Below are positions 37,822 through 47,993 of a DNA stretch of 64,000 bases, one piece after another (the first letter of the stretch is position 1; the number at the start of each line of letters is the position of its first letter). The position numbers and the translations under genes are program-made. Location of the stretch: assembly GCA_900320545.1 (NCBI GenBank), contig ONSU01000002.1:42143-106142 (forward strand), written 5' to 3'. The notes under the pieces are model-generated. The model did no database searches and was not told the DNA's origin. It saw only the letters and a program-made list of their open reading frames with translations. This DNA comes from an uncultured Bacteroidales bacterium (GTDB taxonomy: Bacteria; Bacteroidota; Bacteroidia; Bacteroidales; UBA932).

Positions 37822-39258
37822 CTAACTGAACAGATCCTCTGCTACGACCTCTGAATCCACGACATCCTTGTTCACACCATCGGCCACGCCGAAAGTTGTC
37901 ACAAAGGTGATGTCCAGCCCGTCAGAGGTCTTTTCCACTTGCTTGAACAGCTGCTTCCTCTCACGGACATCCTCCGCGTAGGATTTCTTGATGACGAAAG
38001 GACCGACGGAGAACTTCATCTCACAAAGGTTGATGATATGGTCTCCTCGGGCAATCAGCAGGTCAATCTGCGCTTTCCTCCCCATTTCATCCTTGCCTGG
38101 CACATGGCGCCACGAGGATGCCGACGTGGAAATGCCAGAGATACCCAGGCTCTTGCGTATCTGGGGGAGATGGGTAAGACAGATCAGTTCAAAAGCATAT
38201 CCCTGCCAGGATTCCACCGAATGAGAATTGTAATTGTGTGTCCACCACTCCTCATCCTTGCTGTCAATGGCATTCACAAACTTGTAATAGAACAACGTGT
38301 AGAAATCCACGAGCCTGTACAGGGTGCCCCTGGACTTATTCCCGAACTGCTGGAAGGAAATAATGAAATCGCAACGTTCCAGATTCTTCAGGACGGTTGT
38401 CAGGCGGTCTCCGTCAAGGCTGGTTCCTTTTTGGATTTCTGTGAAGGTCAATCCGTCGTGGTTGCGGTTCAGCAGTGAAACGACCTCCAGGTACTTGTCA
38501 ACCTTATTGAAAACAGCCGTGAACAGTTCATCGAATTCCGTCTTCAACTCTGCATTCCGGCGGAAGAACAGCCGGTCAACATTGGCCAGCAACGTCTGTT
38601 TCGGGTCAAGCAGGCTCAGATAGAAAGGCACGCCACCCATAATCTGATACAACTGAAGAATCTGGTAACGGCTCCAATGGAAGCCCCTGCTCTGCAGATA
38701 CTCCTCCGTCTCCTTCAAATTGAAAGGCCGGATATAAATGTTATTCGTGATTCTTCCGTGCAGGCCTCCGATATTCTCCACGAACTTGTTCACCATCCAC
38801 GATGAAGCCGAACCGCTTGCAATCAGCATGATGTCGCTGCGACGTGAACCCCAACTGTTCCAGAAGGATTCAAACGCCTCCACAAACTCAGACTGCGGCG
38901 TATCAATCCAAGGCATCTCGTCAATGAAGATAACCTTGCGTTTATCTTCCGGAAGACTCTCAATATATTCTTCCAAAGCATCAAAGGCTTCCTCCCATGA
39001 AGAAAGCTTAGGTTGGAGCTTGAGACCGGCCGCTTTCTTCAGCGCCTTGGCGAATCCGCGCAACTGCTTTGCCTTGGTAAGTTTAAACCCGCCGACAAAG
39101 GAGAAATCGTATTTCTTCTCGAAGAACGTGTCCACAAGGAACGTCTTGCCCACACGTCTGCGGCCATATACAATCACCAACTCCGAACGGTCACTCTCGT
39201 AACACCGTTTCAGTTCAGCCATCTCCGCCTCCCGGGCGATTATCTTGGGTGCCTTCAT
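37822..39258 (-). CDS. AAA+ ATPase (Arch_ATPase-type) fused to a DUF234-type PD-(D/E)XK-like domain
   Basis: Walker A GRRRVGKT and Walker B VIFIDEMP. C-terminal AQIDLLI ... INLCEMKF (D...ExK pattern). GC is lower than in the flanks. Confidence 0.75.
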   Translation of the reverse strand: MKAPKIIAREAEMAELKRCYESDRSELVIVYGRRRVGKTFLVDTFFEKKYDFSFVGGFKLTKAKQLRGFAKALKKAAGLKLQPKLSSWEEAFDALEEYIESLPEDKRKVIFIDEMPWIDTPQSEFVEAFESFWNSWGSRRSDIMLIASGSASSWMVNKFVENIGGLHGRITNNIYIRPFNLKETEEYLQSRGFHWSRYQILQLYQIMGGVPFYLSLLDPKQTLLANVDRLFFRRNAELKTEFDELFTAVFNKVDKYLEVVSLLNRNHDGLTFTEIQKGTSLDGDRLTTVLKNLERCDFIISFQQFGNKSRGTLYRLVDFYTLFYYKFVNAIDSKDEEWWTHNYNSHSVESWQGYAFELICLTHLPQIRKSLGISGISTSASSWRHVPGKDEMGRKAQIDLLIARGDHIINLCEMKFSVGPFVIKKSYAEDVRERKQLFKQVEKTSDGLDITFVTTFGVADGVNKDVVDSEVVAEDLFS

Positions 39259-39416
39259 GTCAAATGCATTTTATTTCAGTGCGAAGATAGCAATTATTCT
39301 TTTGCCGACAATAAAAAGTGCAAGCTTTTTGCTCTTTATCTTCAAAAATTTCGGAGATAAAGTACATTTACCCCATACTTTTTCTGGTTTAGCCCGAGTC
39401 AATCGTTATTTTCGGG

Positions 39417-40322
39417 TTAGTAAGTATCAAGCGAAGAACGCCCCCGCCAATCAGCGGGGATTTCAAGGCCGAGAAGCTGCGCCAGCACAGACGTGACATC
39501 ATACTGCATCATGAAGGAAGAAATCTCTCCCTTTCTCTCTCCGTCCCGGATAAAAAGAGGTGTCCGGAAATCGCGGAGGTCGTAGGTGCCGTGCTTCTTG
39601 TCCGGCTTCCCGCCGTGGTCGGAGGTGAGGACGACCGCCGTACCCTTCGAATCCGGAGAAGCCGCCAGGGCGTCCAGCAGAAGGCCGACGGCCTCGTCGG
39701 CACGTACAAGGGAGGCATAGTATTCGGGAGAGCCCCAGCCATACTTGTGCCCCGTCTCATCGACATCCACGATATAGAAGAAGAACAGATCCGGCATCCC
39801 CTTTTCGATGACCGGCACGCCGTACTCCTTCGTATAATCGATGGATGAAAGGCTGTCCGGACGGTATTTCACAAATTGATGTTCCGTTACGGCCAGGGTG
39901 TCGATCAACGGGGCAATGCCGTTCCAGTCATAAATACAGACGGAATGGGCCGCGGGCCGCTGCTCCTGCAGCAGGGTAAAAACAGTGGGAGGCATTCCGT
40001 GGGCCGATACCGCATAGGGCGTAAACGCCGAAGAATCGGAATTCCATTTGCGATAGCCGTGCATTTCGGTGGGAACGCCCATGAGAATGGATGCCCAGTT
40101 GATGGCCGATGAAGTCTGATAAACGGCCCGCTTCTCCATCGTCCAGAGGCCCTCGTCACGAAGGCGTACAAAGTTGGGGAGCTGGTCCGGAATGCTGTCC
40201 AGCGCCGTTTCCAGGCACCAGGACGCGAGACCGTCAATTCCGATAAAAAGCACCTTGCCGCGGGGTGCGGAGCAGGCCGCAAGTAAGGCGACACATAGGA
40301 TCAGCAGAAACTTCTTCATCAT
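39417..40322 (-). CDS. Lipoprotein of the nucleotide pyrophosphatase/phosphodiesterase (alkaline phosphatase superfamily)
   Basis: Lipobox LLAAC. Metal and nucleophile region FIGIDGLASW and a distal TSDHGG. Start set at MMKKFLL. Confidence 0.75.
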   Translation of the reverse strand: MMKKFLLILCVALLAACSAPRGKVLFIGIDGLASWCLETALDSIPDQLPNFVRLRDEGLWTMEKRAVYQTSSAINWASILMGVPTEMHGYRKWNSDSSAFTPYAVSAHGMPPTVFTLLQEQRPAAHSVCIYDWNGIAPLIDTLAVTEHQFVKYRPDSLSSIDYTKEYGVPVIEKGMPDLFFFYIVDVDETGHKYGWGSPEYYASLVRADEAVGLLLDALAASPDSKGTAVVLTSDHGGKPDKKHGTYDLRDFRTPLFIRDGERKGEISSFMMQYDVTSVLAQLLGLEIPADWRGRSSLDTY

Positions 40323-40372
40323 ACGTAAAAAATCCATAATGTTCAATCCCGACAAATATACAAAAAAATAAT

Positions 40373-40388
40373 TGTGTGTCCGCACACA
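40373..40388. promoter_or_regulatory. Palindromic operator candidate, site 2 (TGTGTGTCCGCACACA)
   Basis: Lies between divergent -7 boxes CAAATATA (40353-40360, minus-strand gene) and TATCTTTG (40429-40436, plus-strand gene). Confidence 0.6.
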
Positions 40389-40441
40389 TATTTCAAAAAA
40401 AATATTCCCCGTTATCGAAGGAAAAAGTTATCTTTGCATTT

Positions 40442-42595
40442 ATGACCAGATTTCTGAAATGGCTGTCCCTCAGCCTCGCTGTCCTGCTCCCTTTGACGAC
40501 GGAGGGTGCCGTCTCGCACGATATCCCGAGTCTCGCCCAATGGGGGCCCTACTCGAAGGAATATTTCGGCATCTCGCACATCGCCGATCTCCGCTCGGGA
40601 ATTCAGGTGGAATTCTGCCTCGTTCCCGGCGCTTACAGGCGCAACGTAAAGGTTCCCTGCGCCCTCTGGGAATCGGATGTCCACCCCTGGAGCGTATCCG
40701 CCGACATGCGGCATATCACCTACCGCCAGGAAATCGAATGGAAAGACCGGGTCTTTGTCGATGCCACCTATCATATCATCGATGACCGTCAGGTCCTGCT
40801 GGAGGCACGGTGCGTCAACCGGACGGACCTCCTGCAGAACATCAGCCTGCAGCTGGCCGTGCGGAAATCCGGCGGCTCTCCGGAGCAATGGACGCCGGAG
40901 ATAAAGCAGGGAGAGGGCTGGTTTACGGTGCGATACCCGGAAGTGGACGCCACCTACGGCGTCGTCTGGGACTACCCGATGAGCGAAGTCCGGCAATGGC
41001 GATGCGCTAAGTTGGAGCAGTTGATGCCCCGGAAGGTGCACGACCACGTGTTTAAAGATATGAAGGGAGACCGTAAGGGGCATTACACGGCCAATTTCCT
41101 GCGGCCGGTGGTGCTCCGCCCGCAGAGCGACACGACGGTGCGGATGGTGATTTTCTGCGGGGAGGAGATTCCCGGGACAAGCCCGGGAATGACGGAAAGG
41201 AAAGGGAATGACGGGAGCGGCAAGGACGGAAAAGCCGAACGGCCTTCTCCCCTCGGCGTGCAGCTGCTGCAGGCGACGCTGCTGACCAACATCGTGTACC
41301 CCATCGACGCGTTCGGGGAGCCGATCCGGCATTTCTGCCCGGGAAAGAACTGGAACAGTCTCTACACCTGGGACTGCGGATTCATCGGCTGGGCGATGGC
41401 GGAGATCGATCCGGGCCGGGGATATGAAATCATCCGGCAATACACGACGGCACCCGAGGAAGAGGCCCCCTTCGTGCATCACGGCACGCCGCTCGCCACG
41501 CAGATCCTCGCCATCGGCGACGTCTGGGAGCGCGGCGGCTGCGACATGGAGCAACTCCGCGAAATCTATCCCCGCCTCAAGCGCTTCTACGACTACATGA
41601 CCGGTCCGCGCTTCCGTAAGCCTTCCGGCCTGCTCGAAACCTGGAACATATTCTACAACAGCGGCGGCTGGGACGACTATCCGCCCCAGTGGGCCCTCCG
41701 TCCGCAAAAAGAGCTCCGCAGCCGGACCACGCCGATGGTCTCCACCTCCTATTACATCCGCTGCGCCAAGATTCTCCGCCTCTTCGCAACCCATCTCGAG
41801 GCCTCGGCAAAAGGCAAGGGGAAGAAACCTTTCACGACCGATATCAAACAGTTCGACGCCGACATCGCGGCCATGTCGAAAGGCATTCTCGACAATGCCT
41901 GGGATGCCGGGACCGGCTATTTCGGCTACGTCGAGCACAACCCGGCCGGAAGCCCCGAAAGGATTTACAAGACGGAAGGCGGCGTCAATTTCAACATGGG
42001 CCTGGACGGCGTGACCCCGCTTGTCGCCGGCATCGCCGATGATGCGCAGCGCGAGGCGTTGCTCAGACACATCTTTACCAAAGGGGAACTCTGGAGCGAC
42101 TGCGGCATCACCGCGGTGGATCAGCGCGCCCCGTATTACCGGAAGGACGGCTACTGGAACGGCACCGTCTGGATGCCGCACCAGATGATCCTGTGGAAGA
42201 CGATGCTCGACCTCGGCCGCCCCGACCTCGCCAGGCAGATCGCCGACACGGCACTTGAGAACTGGGAGAGGGAATGCGAGGATTCCTACAACTGCTACGA
42301 GCACTTCATGATCGAAACGGGAAGGGGCGGCGGCTGGAACAATTTCTCCGGGCTTTCCTCCCCCATCCTCAACTGGCACTTCGCCTACCATGAGCCCGGC
42401 ACCGTATCCACCGGCTTCGGCACGCTCGTCACCAACGCGACCTGGAGCGGGGACAAGTCCTCCGTGGAACTCACCCTCCGCTTCGACCGGGACCTCATCG
42501 GGAAAGAAGTCGCAATCGTCGCCTGCCTCGCCGGCGGGCCTGTCTGCCGCCCGGTAAAAGCGACACAGAAGCCGCTGACGCTTAAAATTCAATGA
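40442..42595 (+). CDS. Secreted (alpha/alpha)6-barrel glycoside hydrolase, GH63/MGH1-like
   Basis: Signal peptide. YTWDCGFIGWA, GGWDDYPPQ and DGYWNGTVWMPHQ motifs, typical of the GH63/trehalase-like clan. Confidence 0.65.
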   Translation: MTRFLKWLSLSLAVLLPLTTEGAVSHDIPSLAQWGPYSKEYFGISHIADLRSGIQVEFCLVPGAYRRNVKVPCALWESDVHPWSVSADMRHITYRQEIEWKDRVFVDATYHIIDDRQVLLEARCVNRTDLLQNISLQLAVRKSGGSPEQWTPEIKQGEGWFTVRYPEVDATYGVVWDYPMSEVRQWRCAKLEQLMPRKVHDHVFKDMKGDRKGHYTANFLRPVVLRPQSDTTVRMVIFCGEEIPGTSPGMTERKGNDGSGKDGKAERPSPLGVQLLQATLLTNIVYPIDAFGEPIRHFCPGKNWNSLYTWDCGFIGWAMAEIDPGRGYEIIRQYTTAPEEEAPFVHHGTPLATQILAIGDVWERGGCDMEQLREIYPRLKRFYDYMTGPRFRKPSGLLETWNIFYNSGGWDDYPPQWALRPQKELRSRTTPMVSTSYYIRCAKILRLFATHLEASAKGKGKKPFTTDIKQFDADIAAMSKGILDNAWDAGTGYFGYVEHNPAGSPERIYKTEGGVNFNMGLDGVTPLVAGIADDAQREALLRHIFTKGELWSDCGITAVDQRAPYYRKDGYWNGTVWMPHQMILWKTMLDLGRPDLARQIADTALENWERECEDSYNCYEHFMIETGRGGGWNNFSGLSSPILNWHFAYHEPGTVSTGFGTLVTNATWSGDKSSVELTLRFDRDLIGKEVAIVACLAGGPVCRPVKATQKPLTLKIQ

Positions 42596-42596
42596 G

Positions 42597-43892
42597 ATGA
42601 ACAGAAGAGATTTCCTGAGGGCATCACTCCTGAGCGGAGCCGCCCTGTGGCTGACGGACTGGAAAGAGGCCTTTGCGGCGGGCTGCAAGGACACGCTCGC
42701 CGGCAAGAAGTGGCCGGGATGGAAGGAAGGGCAGTTCCAGATCCACTTCATCTATACCGGAGTGGCGGAATCGATGTTCCTGATTTTCCCCGACGGGACG
42801 ACCATGCTACTGGACTGCGGCGACTTCGACGCACTGGCCCGGGGGCCGAAGGCCGTTCCGTTGCTTCCGAGCGCGGAACGCCATTCCGGGGAATGGATCG
42901 CCCGCTATGTCACGCGGGTCAATCCCGCCGTCACCGACGTGGACTATATGCTCCTGAGCCATTATCACAACGACCACGCCGGCAGTGACAAGTTCTTCGC
43001 AGAGAAAATCATCCGAGACGGCGAGGAATACGCCCTCAGCGGCTTCTCCCAGGCGGCGGAAATCTTAAACTTCCGCAAGGCCGTCGACCGCTGCTGGCCC
43101 GATTACGACGACCCGATCCCGGACACCGCGACGGGCGGAGACCCCGATACGGCAATGCACATGAAGCGCTTCTACACTTATATGCAGAAGCACCGCGGCC
43201 TCCAGATCGAGAAATTCCGCCTCGGCGCCACCAACCAGATCGTCCCGCTCCACCACGCCGGGAAATACCCTTCCTTCTCGGTACGGAACATCTGCGCCAA
43301 CGGGCGCATCGCCTATCCGGACGGACGGATCAAAGACCTCTTCGAGGCGAAGAAAACGCAGAACCCGAAGAAACTCAACGAGAACGCGATGTCGCTCGGA
43401 ATGGTCTTCTCGTACGGTCCTTTCCGCTTCTATACGGCGGGCGATTTCTCCGCCAAATTCAGAGACCCCGACGGCACGGTCCGCTTTATCGAAGACGACA
43501 TCGCCGAGGTCTGCGGCCGCGCCAATGTCGCCAAGATCAACCACCACGGGCACAATTCGATGAGCCGCAAACTCGTCGCCGCCCTCCGTTCCCAGGTTTA
43601 TGTCAGCTGCGTCTGGGACCAGCTCCACAACCTTCCGCCCTGCATGGAACTCCTCTCCGACCGCTCCATCTATCCGGACGACCGGATCATCTGCCCCACG
43701 ATCATGCCGGCCGAGCGCCGGGCCAAAGACGGCGACGCCGCCTGGATGAAAGACATCGCGCCCGACTCTTTCGAGGGCTGCCACGTGGTCGTGAACGTCG
43801 AAAAGGGCGGCCGCCGCTACTCCGTATCCTTCCTCAGCGCCGCCGACGAGTCGATGACCGTCCGCAGCGTGCTGCATTTCAAGACAGTATGA
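42597..43892 (+). CDS. Tat-signal MBL-fold metallo-hydrolase (ComEC-type beta-lactamase domain-like)
   Basis: MNRRDFLRASLLSGAA twin-arginine signal. LLDCGD, SHYHNDHAG and INHHGH motifs. Confidence 0.7.
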   Translation: MNRRDFLRASLLSGAALWLTDWKEAFAAGCKDTLAGKKWPGWKEGQFQIHFIYTGVAESMFLIFPDGTTMLLDCGDFDALARGPKAVPLLPSAERHSGEWIARYVTRVNPAVTDVDYMLLSHYHNDHAGSDKFFAEKIIRDGEEYALSGFSQAAEILNFRKAVDRCWPDYDDPIPDTATGGDPDTAMHMKRFYTYMQKHRGLQIEKFRLGATNQIVPLHHAGKYPSFSVRNICANGRIAYPDGRIKDLFEAKKTQNPKKLNENAMSLGMVFSYGPFRFYTAGDFSAKFRDPDGTVRFIEDDIAEVCGRANVAKINHHGHNSMSRKLVAALRSQVYVSCVWDQLHNLPPCMELLSDRSIYPDDRIICPTIMPAERRAKDGDAAWMKDIAPDSFEGCHVVVNVEKGGRRYSVSFLSAADESMTVRSVLHFKTV

Positions 43893-45757
43893 AAAAGATC
43901 GTTCATCTCTTTCTGGCGCTCCTTATCGGTGTAGCCGTTTATGCACGAAGCGCCCCGGTCATTTCCGACTGGGACAGTGCAAAAGACATCCCTCATCCGC
44001 GGCTTCTGATGAACGACACGGAAAAGAAAATGTTGCGCAGGCAGATCCGGCGCAATAAAGATATCGCCCTGCTGCACAATTCCATCATCTCGCATGCGGA
44101 TGAATGCGTGAACGACACGGTGCAGCTTGCCTACAGGCTCGACGCCTCCGGGGTGCGGCTGCTGGAACAGTCCCGGTACGCGCTCGAAAGGATCTTCTTC
44201 TGCGCCTATGCCTGGAGGATGACAGGAAAGGACAATTATCTTTCCCGGGTCCGGGAGGACATTCTCACCGTATGTGCATTCCCGGACTGGCATACACAGC
44301 ATTTTCTCGACACCGGGGAAATGGCCCTTGCCGTAGCCATCGGACTGGACTGGTGCTTTGACGGCCTCCCGGCCGAAGTCAGGAATGAAGCCGCAGCCGC
44401 CCTCGACCGCTTTGCACTCAGCCGGTACAAGGGGCAATGGTTCACCACCCAGGAGACAAACTGGAACCAGGTGTGCTACTGCGGCCTGGTTGCGGCGGCT
44501 GTCGCCGCATACGAGTGGTATCCGTCGGTCAGCCGGGAACTGCTCGAAACGGCCGTGGCCGACAACCGGAAAGCGATGAAAATGTACGGCCCCGACGGCA
44601 TCTATCCCGAAGGGTACATCTACTGGTCATACGGGACCGGATTCGAGGTAATGCTGCTCGAAATTCTGAGAGAGGTTTATCAGTCCGATGCCGGACTCTC
44701 GGATGCGCCGGGCTTCCTGGAAACCGGCACATTCATGAAATATATGACCGGCACTTCCGGCAAGAGTTTCAATTACGCCGACAGCGACGAGGAAGTGGTT
44801 CCCCTTTATGCGATGTGGTGGTTTGCGGCCCGGCAATCACGACCGGACCTGCTCCCGAACGAGATCGCCCTGCTTCGCGACGGGAAGTACTTCGTAGACC
44901 GCGACTGGATGCGATTCGCGCCCTTTGCGGCTTGTATGGCTTCTAAATTCACCATGCCTCGCGGGAAAACCGGGGCGGACGAGACAAAGTTATTCTCGGG
45001 GAAAGGCCCCGTTCCCGTCGTGCTGATCCGTACGGGATGGAAAGGCTCGCCGGAGGAGCGATATCTCGCATTCAAGGGAGGAAGCGCATCCGACAACCAC
45101 GGACATATGGATGCAGGATCCTTTGTATATGACGCCTTCGGCCTGAGATGGGCCTGCGACCTGGGAACCCAGCCGTATGCGGAGGTAGAAAAAGCCTTCA
45201 GCAAATACAAGAAAAGTTTCTGGAGCATGAAGCAGAAGTCCTGGCGCTGGAAAGTGTTCCGCCTGGGGAATCCGGCACACAACACCCTCACGGTAGGCTC
45301 CATGCAGCATTGCGTGGGCGGAAGGGCGGCGATTTTCAATGTCGTTGACACCGACGCGGCCAGAGGCGGAGTCATCGACCTGTCCGAAGTCTTTCAGGGA
45401 CAGCTTTCCTCCGCCAGCCGGAAAATTCTGCTCCTCGACAATGACTCACTCCTCGTTGCGGACGCCATCCGGGCCCTTCCGGAGGCACCTGCCGATATTC
45501 AGTGGCGGATGGTCACGGACGCTTCTCCCCAAATAACGGAAGAAGGCATTCTTCTGGAGCAGGGCGGCTATCGCATGCTCCTCTCCGCTTCCTCCGACGA
45601 CCCCTCCGTCACGCCGGAATACAAAATCTGGCCTGCCGCCGGCACTGAGGAATGGGATGTCCCCAACCCCGGCAAAAGCATCGTGGGATACTCCGTCACC
45701 ATTCCCGCCGGGCGGGAGTGCACCATCAGCGTATCTTTGCGCACACAAAACCCATAA
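43889..45757 (+). CDS. Heparinase II/III-like (polysaccharide lyase-like) protein
   Basis: Signal peptide. DNHGHMDAGSF and AHNT motifs. ATGA overlap with the upstream gene. Confidence 0.7.
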   Translation: MKKIVHLFLALLIGVAVYARSAPVISDWDSAKDIPHPRLLMNDTEKKMLRRQIRRNKDIALLHNSIISHADECVNDTVQLAYRLDASGVRLLEQSRYALERIFFCAYAWRMTGKDNYLSRVREDILTVCAFPDWHTQHFLDTGEMALAVAIGLDWCFDGLPAEVRNEAAAALDRFALSRYKGQWFTTQETNWNQVCYCGLVAAAVAAYEWYPSVSRELLETAVADNRKAMKMYGPDGIYPEGYIYWSYGTGFEVMLLEILREVYQSDAGLSDAPGFLETGTFMKYMTGTSGKSFNYADSDEEVVPLYAMWWFAARQSRPDLLPNEIALLRDGKYFVDRDWMRFAPFAACMASKFTMPRGKTGADETKLFSGKGPVPVVLIRTGWKGSPEERYLAFKGGSASDNHGHMDAGSFVYDAFGLRWACDLGTQPYAEVEKAFSKYKKSFWSMKQKSWRWKVFRLGNPAHNTLTVGSMQHCVGGRAAIFNVVDTDAARGGVIDLSEVFQGQLSSASRKILLLDNDSLLVADAIRALPEAPADIQWRMVTDASPQITEEGILLEQGGYRMLLSASSDDPSVTPEYKIWPAAGTEEWDVPNPGKSIVGYSVTIPAGRECTISVSLRTQNP

Positions 45758-45761
45758 CAAC

Positions 45762-47990
45762 ATGAGCACCTCCTCCCGCTTCACAGTTTTACTAGCCCTG
45801 ACGATACTGGTCCTCTCCTGCAAGGACCATAATCCCGGAGAGAACGACGGTCCCAATCCCCCGGCCGTTGCCGTAAGCCTCATTGACAAGACTTCTTCGA
45901 CCCTTACCTTCGAATGGGGCGAGGAAAACATCGCGCAGCCCTGGTATGCCTACCTCTACGGGGATGCCGCCGGGAAGATTCCCCTGCAGGAATTCGACTT
46001 CCCCGCCGGGACGTTCATGGAAGCGCCGCGTTTCGTCATCGCAGGGCTCCGTCCCGGGACGAAGTACTATTTCAAAGTGCTCAAGCCCGATTCCGGCGAC
46101 CATTCCGGCCTCGTGGAGGCAACGACGGAGGATTTCGCCCTCGTTTCACCTACGGCGTCCACAAGCGGGGTCATCTTTGCGGAAGACTTCGGAGAGTTGC
46201 AGTGGGAGGGAGATCCCGTCAGCGGCGCCTCGGGCTACAGGCCCCATAACGGGACATCCTTCTCCAACGGCCCGGAAACCTATGTCCTTCCGGACGAGGC
46301 CCCGTCCCTGCAACTGAAGGAGCAGACGAATGCGCTCCCCGCCAGCAGGCTGAAGGGCTGGGTGAGCGAATCGAATGCCTTCATCCGGCCGGGAGCCATC
46401 GAACTCGGCGCCCCCGGCAAACAGAAAGGCTTCCTGATGACGCCGCCATTCAGCATTCCGGTCGGCAGCAACATTACAGTAGATATTACCGTCGAAGTCG
46501 CCACCTGGTCCAACACGGCATCCAATGTCTGGTGCGTCGCGGCAATGGCCCCCGACAATGTAAAAGCAAGCGGCTACACTTCCGATTTCGACCACCATCC
46601 GTCCGAGGACTACAAAATTCAGCATTTCACGGCCTCCACCCCGCTCAAGTGGCAGAAAATCACGGTCAGCGGTATCCGTCTCGAAGACGGCGACCGCATT
46701 ATGATCGGCCCCAAGGCGAGTTACAAACCCGCACAGGACAACGACGGGCGGCTCCTCATCAGCAGCGTCGTCGTCACCGCCACCGGAGGAATGATGCTGG
46801 AAGATCCGCTTACCTTCTCCGACGGTAAGAAACTCACTTCCGCCGCCCAGTGGCCGGAAAGACGGACGGAGATCCTCGACATTTTCCAGCGGGAAATGTA
46901 CGGACAGATGCCTCCCGCAAGCCCCATTTACTGGGAAAAGGTAGAAAGCGGAGCGACAACGCTCCCGGCCCTGGCCGGCTATCCCTCGGCACAGGCCGTG
47001 AGGGAGCAGTACCGGATGTGGTTCAAGGCCGACAAATCCGGTCCCAGCGTCATCTGGCTGGTTATCCGGCCCGCTTCGGTCAGCGGCCCCGTCCCGGTCA
47101 TCATGACCCTCAACTACTACGGCAACCATTATCTGATGTCGGACACCCAGGTGCTGGGCCCCGACTGCCGGAATAACGCCGCCTCCGGCCGCGGAACCTG
47201 GATCGATCCCTCCAACCGGTACTTCTTCCCGACCAATCTCCTCATTTCGAGGGGGTATGCCCTGATGACCGCCTGCTATGAGGACATCACCGGCGACCCG
47301 GAACCCTTCGTCGCAGCCAATGCCTACAACCGCGTATTCACTCTCTGGGGCACGCGGGACGAATCCCGGACTGACAACACCACGGCGCTCGCCGCCTGGG
47401 CCTGGGGCCTGATGAGAGGCCTGGACCTCATCGGAGAGTTGAGCACCCTCGACGAAAGCAATGTGGTCGTAACCGGTGCCTCCCGCCTCGGGAAGGCCGC
47501 CCTCATCGCCGGAGCCTTCGACGAGCGGTTCAAGGTGGTGGTCCCCATCCAGACCGGCTCCGGCGGCGCCCCCCTCACCAAGCATCTCACCCCCGGGAAA
47601 GAAAGCGTCGCCTCGGAAACCGGCAACTATCCCCACTGGTTCTGCAAGGCCTACTACAAGTACGCCAACAATGAGTATGCAATGCCGTTCGACCAGCATA
47701 TGCTCATCGCCTGCATCGCGCCGAGGGCCTGCCTGGTGCACGGATTCAACCACACCTGGTTCGACACGGAAGGGGAATACCTCGCCGTGAAGGCCGCCAG
47801 CCCGGTATGGCCGTTCCTGGGTAAAGAAGGGATGCCTGACGTCGCATGGCCGGCAACCGGCAGCACATCAGGCATCGGGGAAAATCTGGGTTATGTCCGC
47901 CGTGCCGGAACCAAACAGTCCGATCACGGGATGATTCTCCAGGACTGGCTGTGGATGATGACCTTCGCCGACCCTCACGTCGGCAAATAG
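45762..47990 (+). CDS. Lipoprotein: Fn3 plus unknown AEDFGE-W module (about 45858-46797) fused to a CE15-like glucuronoyl esterase domain
   Basis: Lipobox VLSC. Module motifs AEDFGELQW, SRLKGW and GDRIMIG. C-terminal GASRLGKAAL matches the CE15 GCSRxGK nucleophile motif. Start moved to the ATG at 45762. Confidence 0.7.
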   Translation: MSTSSRFTVLLALTILVLSCKDHNPGENDGPNPPAVAVSLIDKTSSTLTFEWGEENIAQPWYAYLYGDAAGKIPLQEFDFPAGTFMEAPRFVIAGLRPGTKYYFKVLKPDSGDHSGLVEATTEDFALVSPTASTSGVIFAEDFGELQWEGDPVSGASGYRPHNGTSFSNGPETYVLPDEAPSLQLKEQTNALPASRLKGWVSESNAFIRPGAIELGAPGKQKGFLMTPPFSIPVGSNITVDITVEVATWSNTASNVWCVAAMAPDNVKASGYTSDFDHHPSEDYKIQHFTASTPLKWQKITVSGIRLEDGDRIMIGPKASYKPAQDNDGRLLISSVVVTATGGMMLEDPLTFSDGKKLTSAAQWPERRTEILDIFQREMYGQMPPASPIYWEKVESGATTLPALAGYPSAQAVREQYRMWFKADKSGPSVIWLVIRPASVSGPVPVIMTLNYYGNHYLMSDTQVLGPDCRNNAASGRGTWIDPSNRYFFPTNLLISRGYALMTACYEDITGDPEPFVAANAYNRVFTLWGTRDESRTDNTTALAAWAWGLMRGLDLIGELSTLDESNVVVTGASRLGKAALIAGAFDERFKVVVPIQTGSGGAPLTKHLTPGKESVASETGNYPHWFCKAYYKYANNEYAMPFDQHMLIACIAPRACLVHGFNHTWFDTEGEYLAVKAASPVWPFLGKEGMPDVAWPATGSTSGIGENLGYVRRAGTKQSDHGMILQDWLWMMTFADPHVGK

Positions 47991-47993
47991 ACG

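Noticed and set aside
39245-39496. 83-aa + strand ORF in the gap between the DUF234-type ATPase gene and the NPP gene
   Set aside because: It overlaps the ATPase start and the NPP 3' end, has no promoter box in the right position, and has no recognisable features.
40412-42751. 779-aa minus-strand ORF opposite the GH63-like gene. Similar long shadow ORFs occur at 53541-56330 (+), 20167-22050 (+), 46146-47753 (-), 36152-37747 (+), 15889-17304 (+), 4634-5953 (+), 24290-25344 (+) and 32395-33921 (-).
   Set aside because: All lie antisense to genes with strong family motifs (SusC, kinase, CE15, UvrA, S41 peptidase and others). They are Arg/Gly/Pro/His-rich and carry no recognisable domains.
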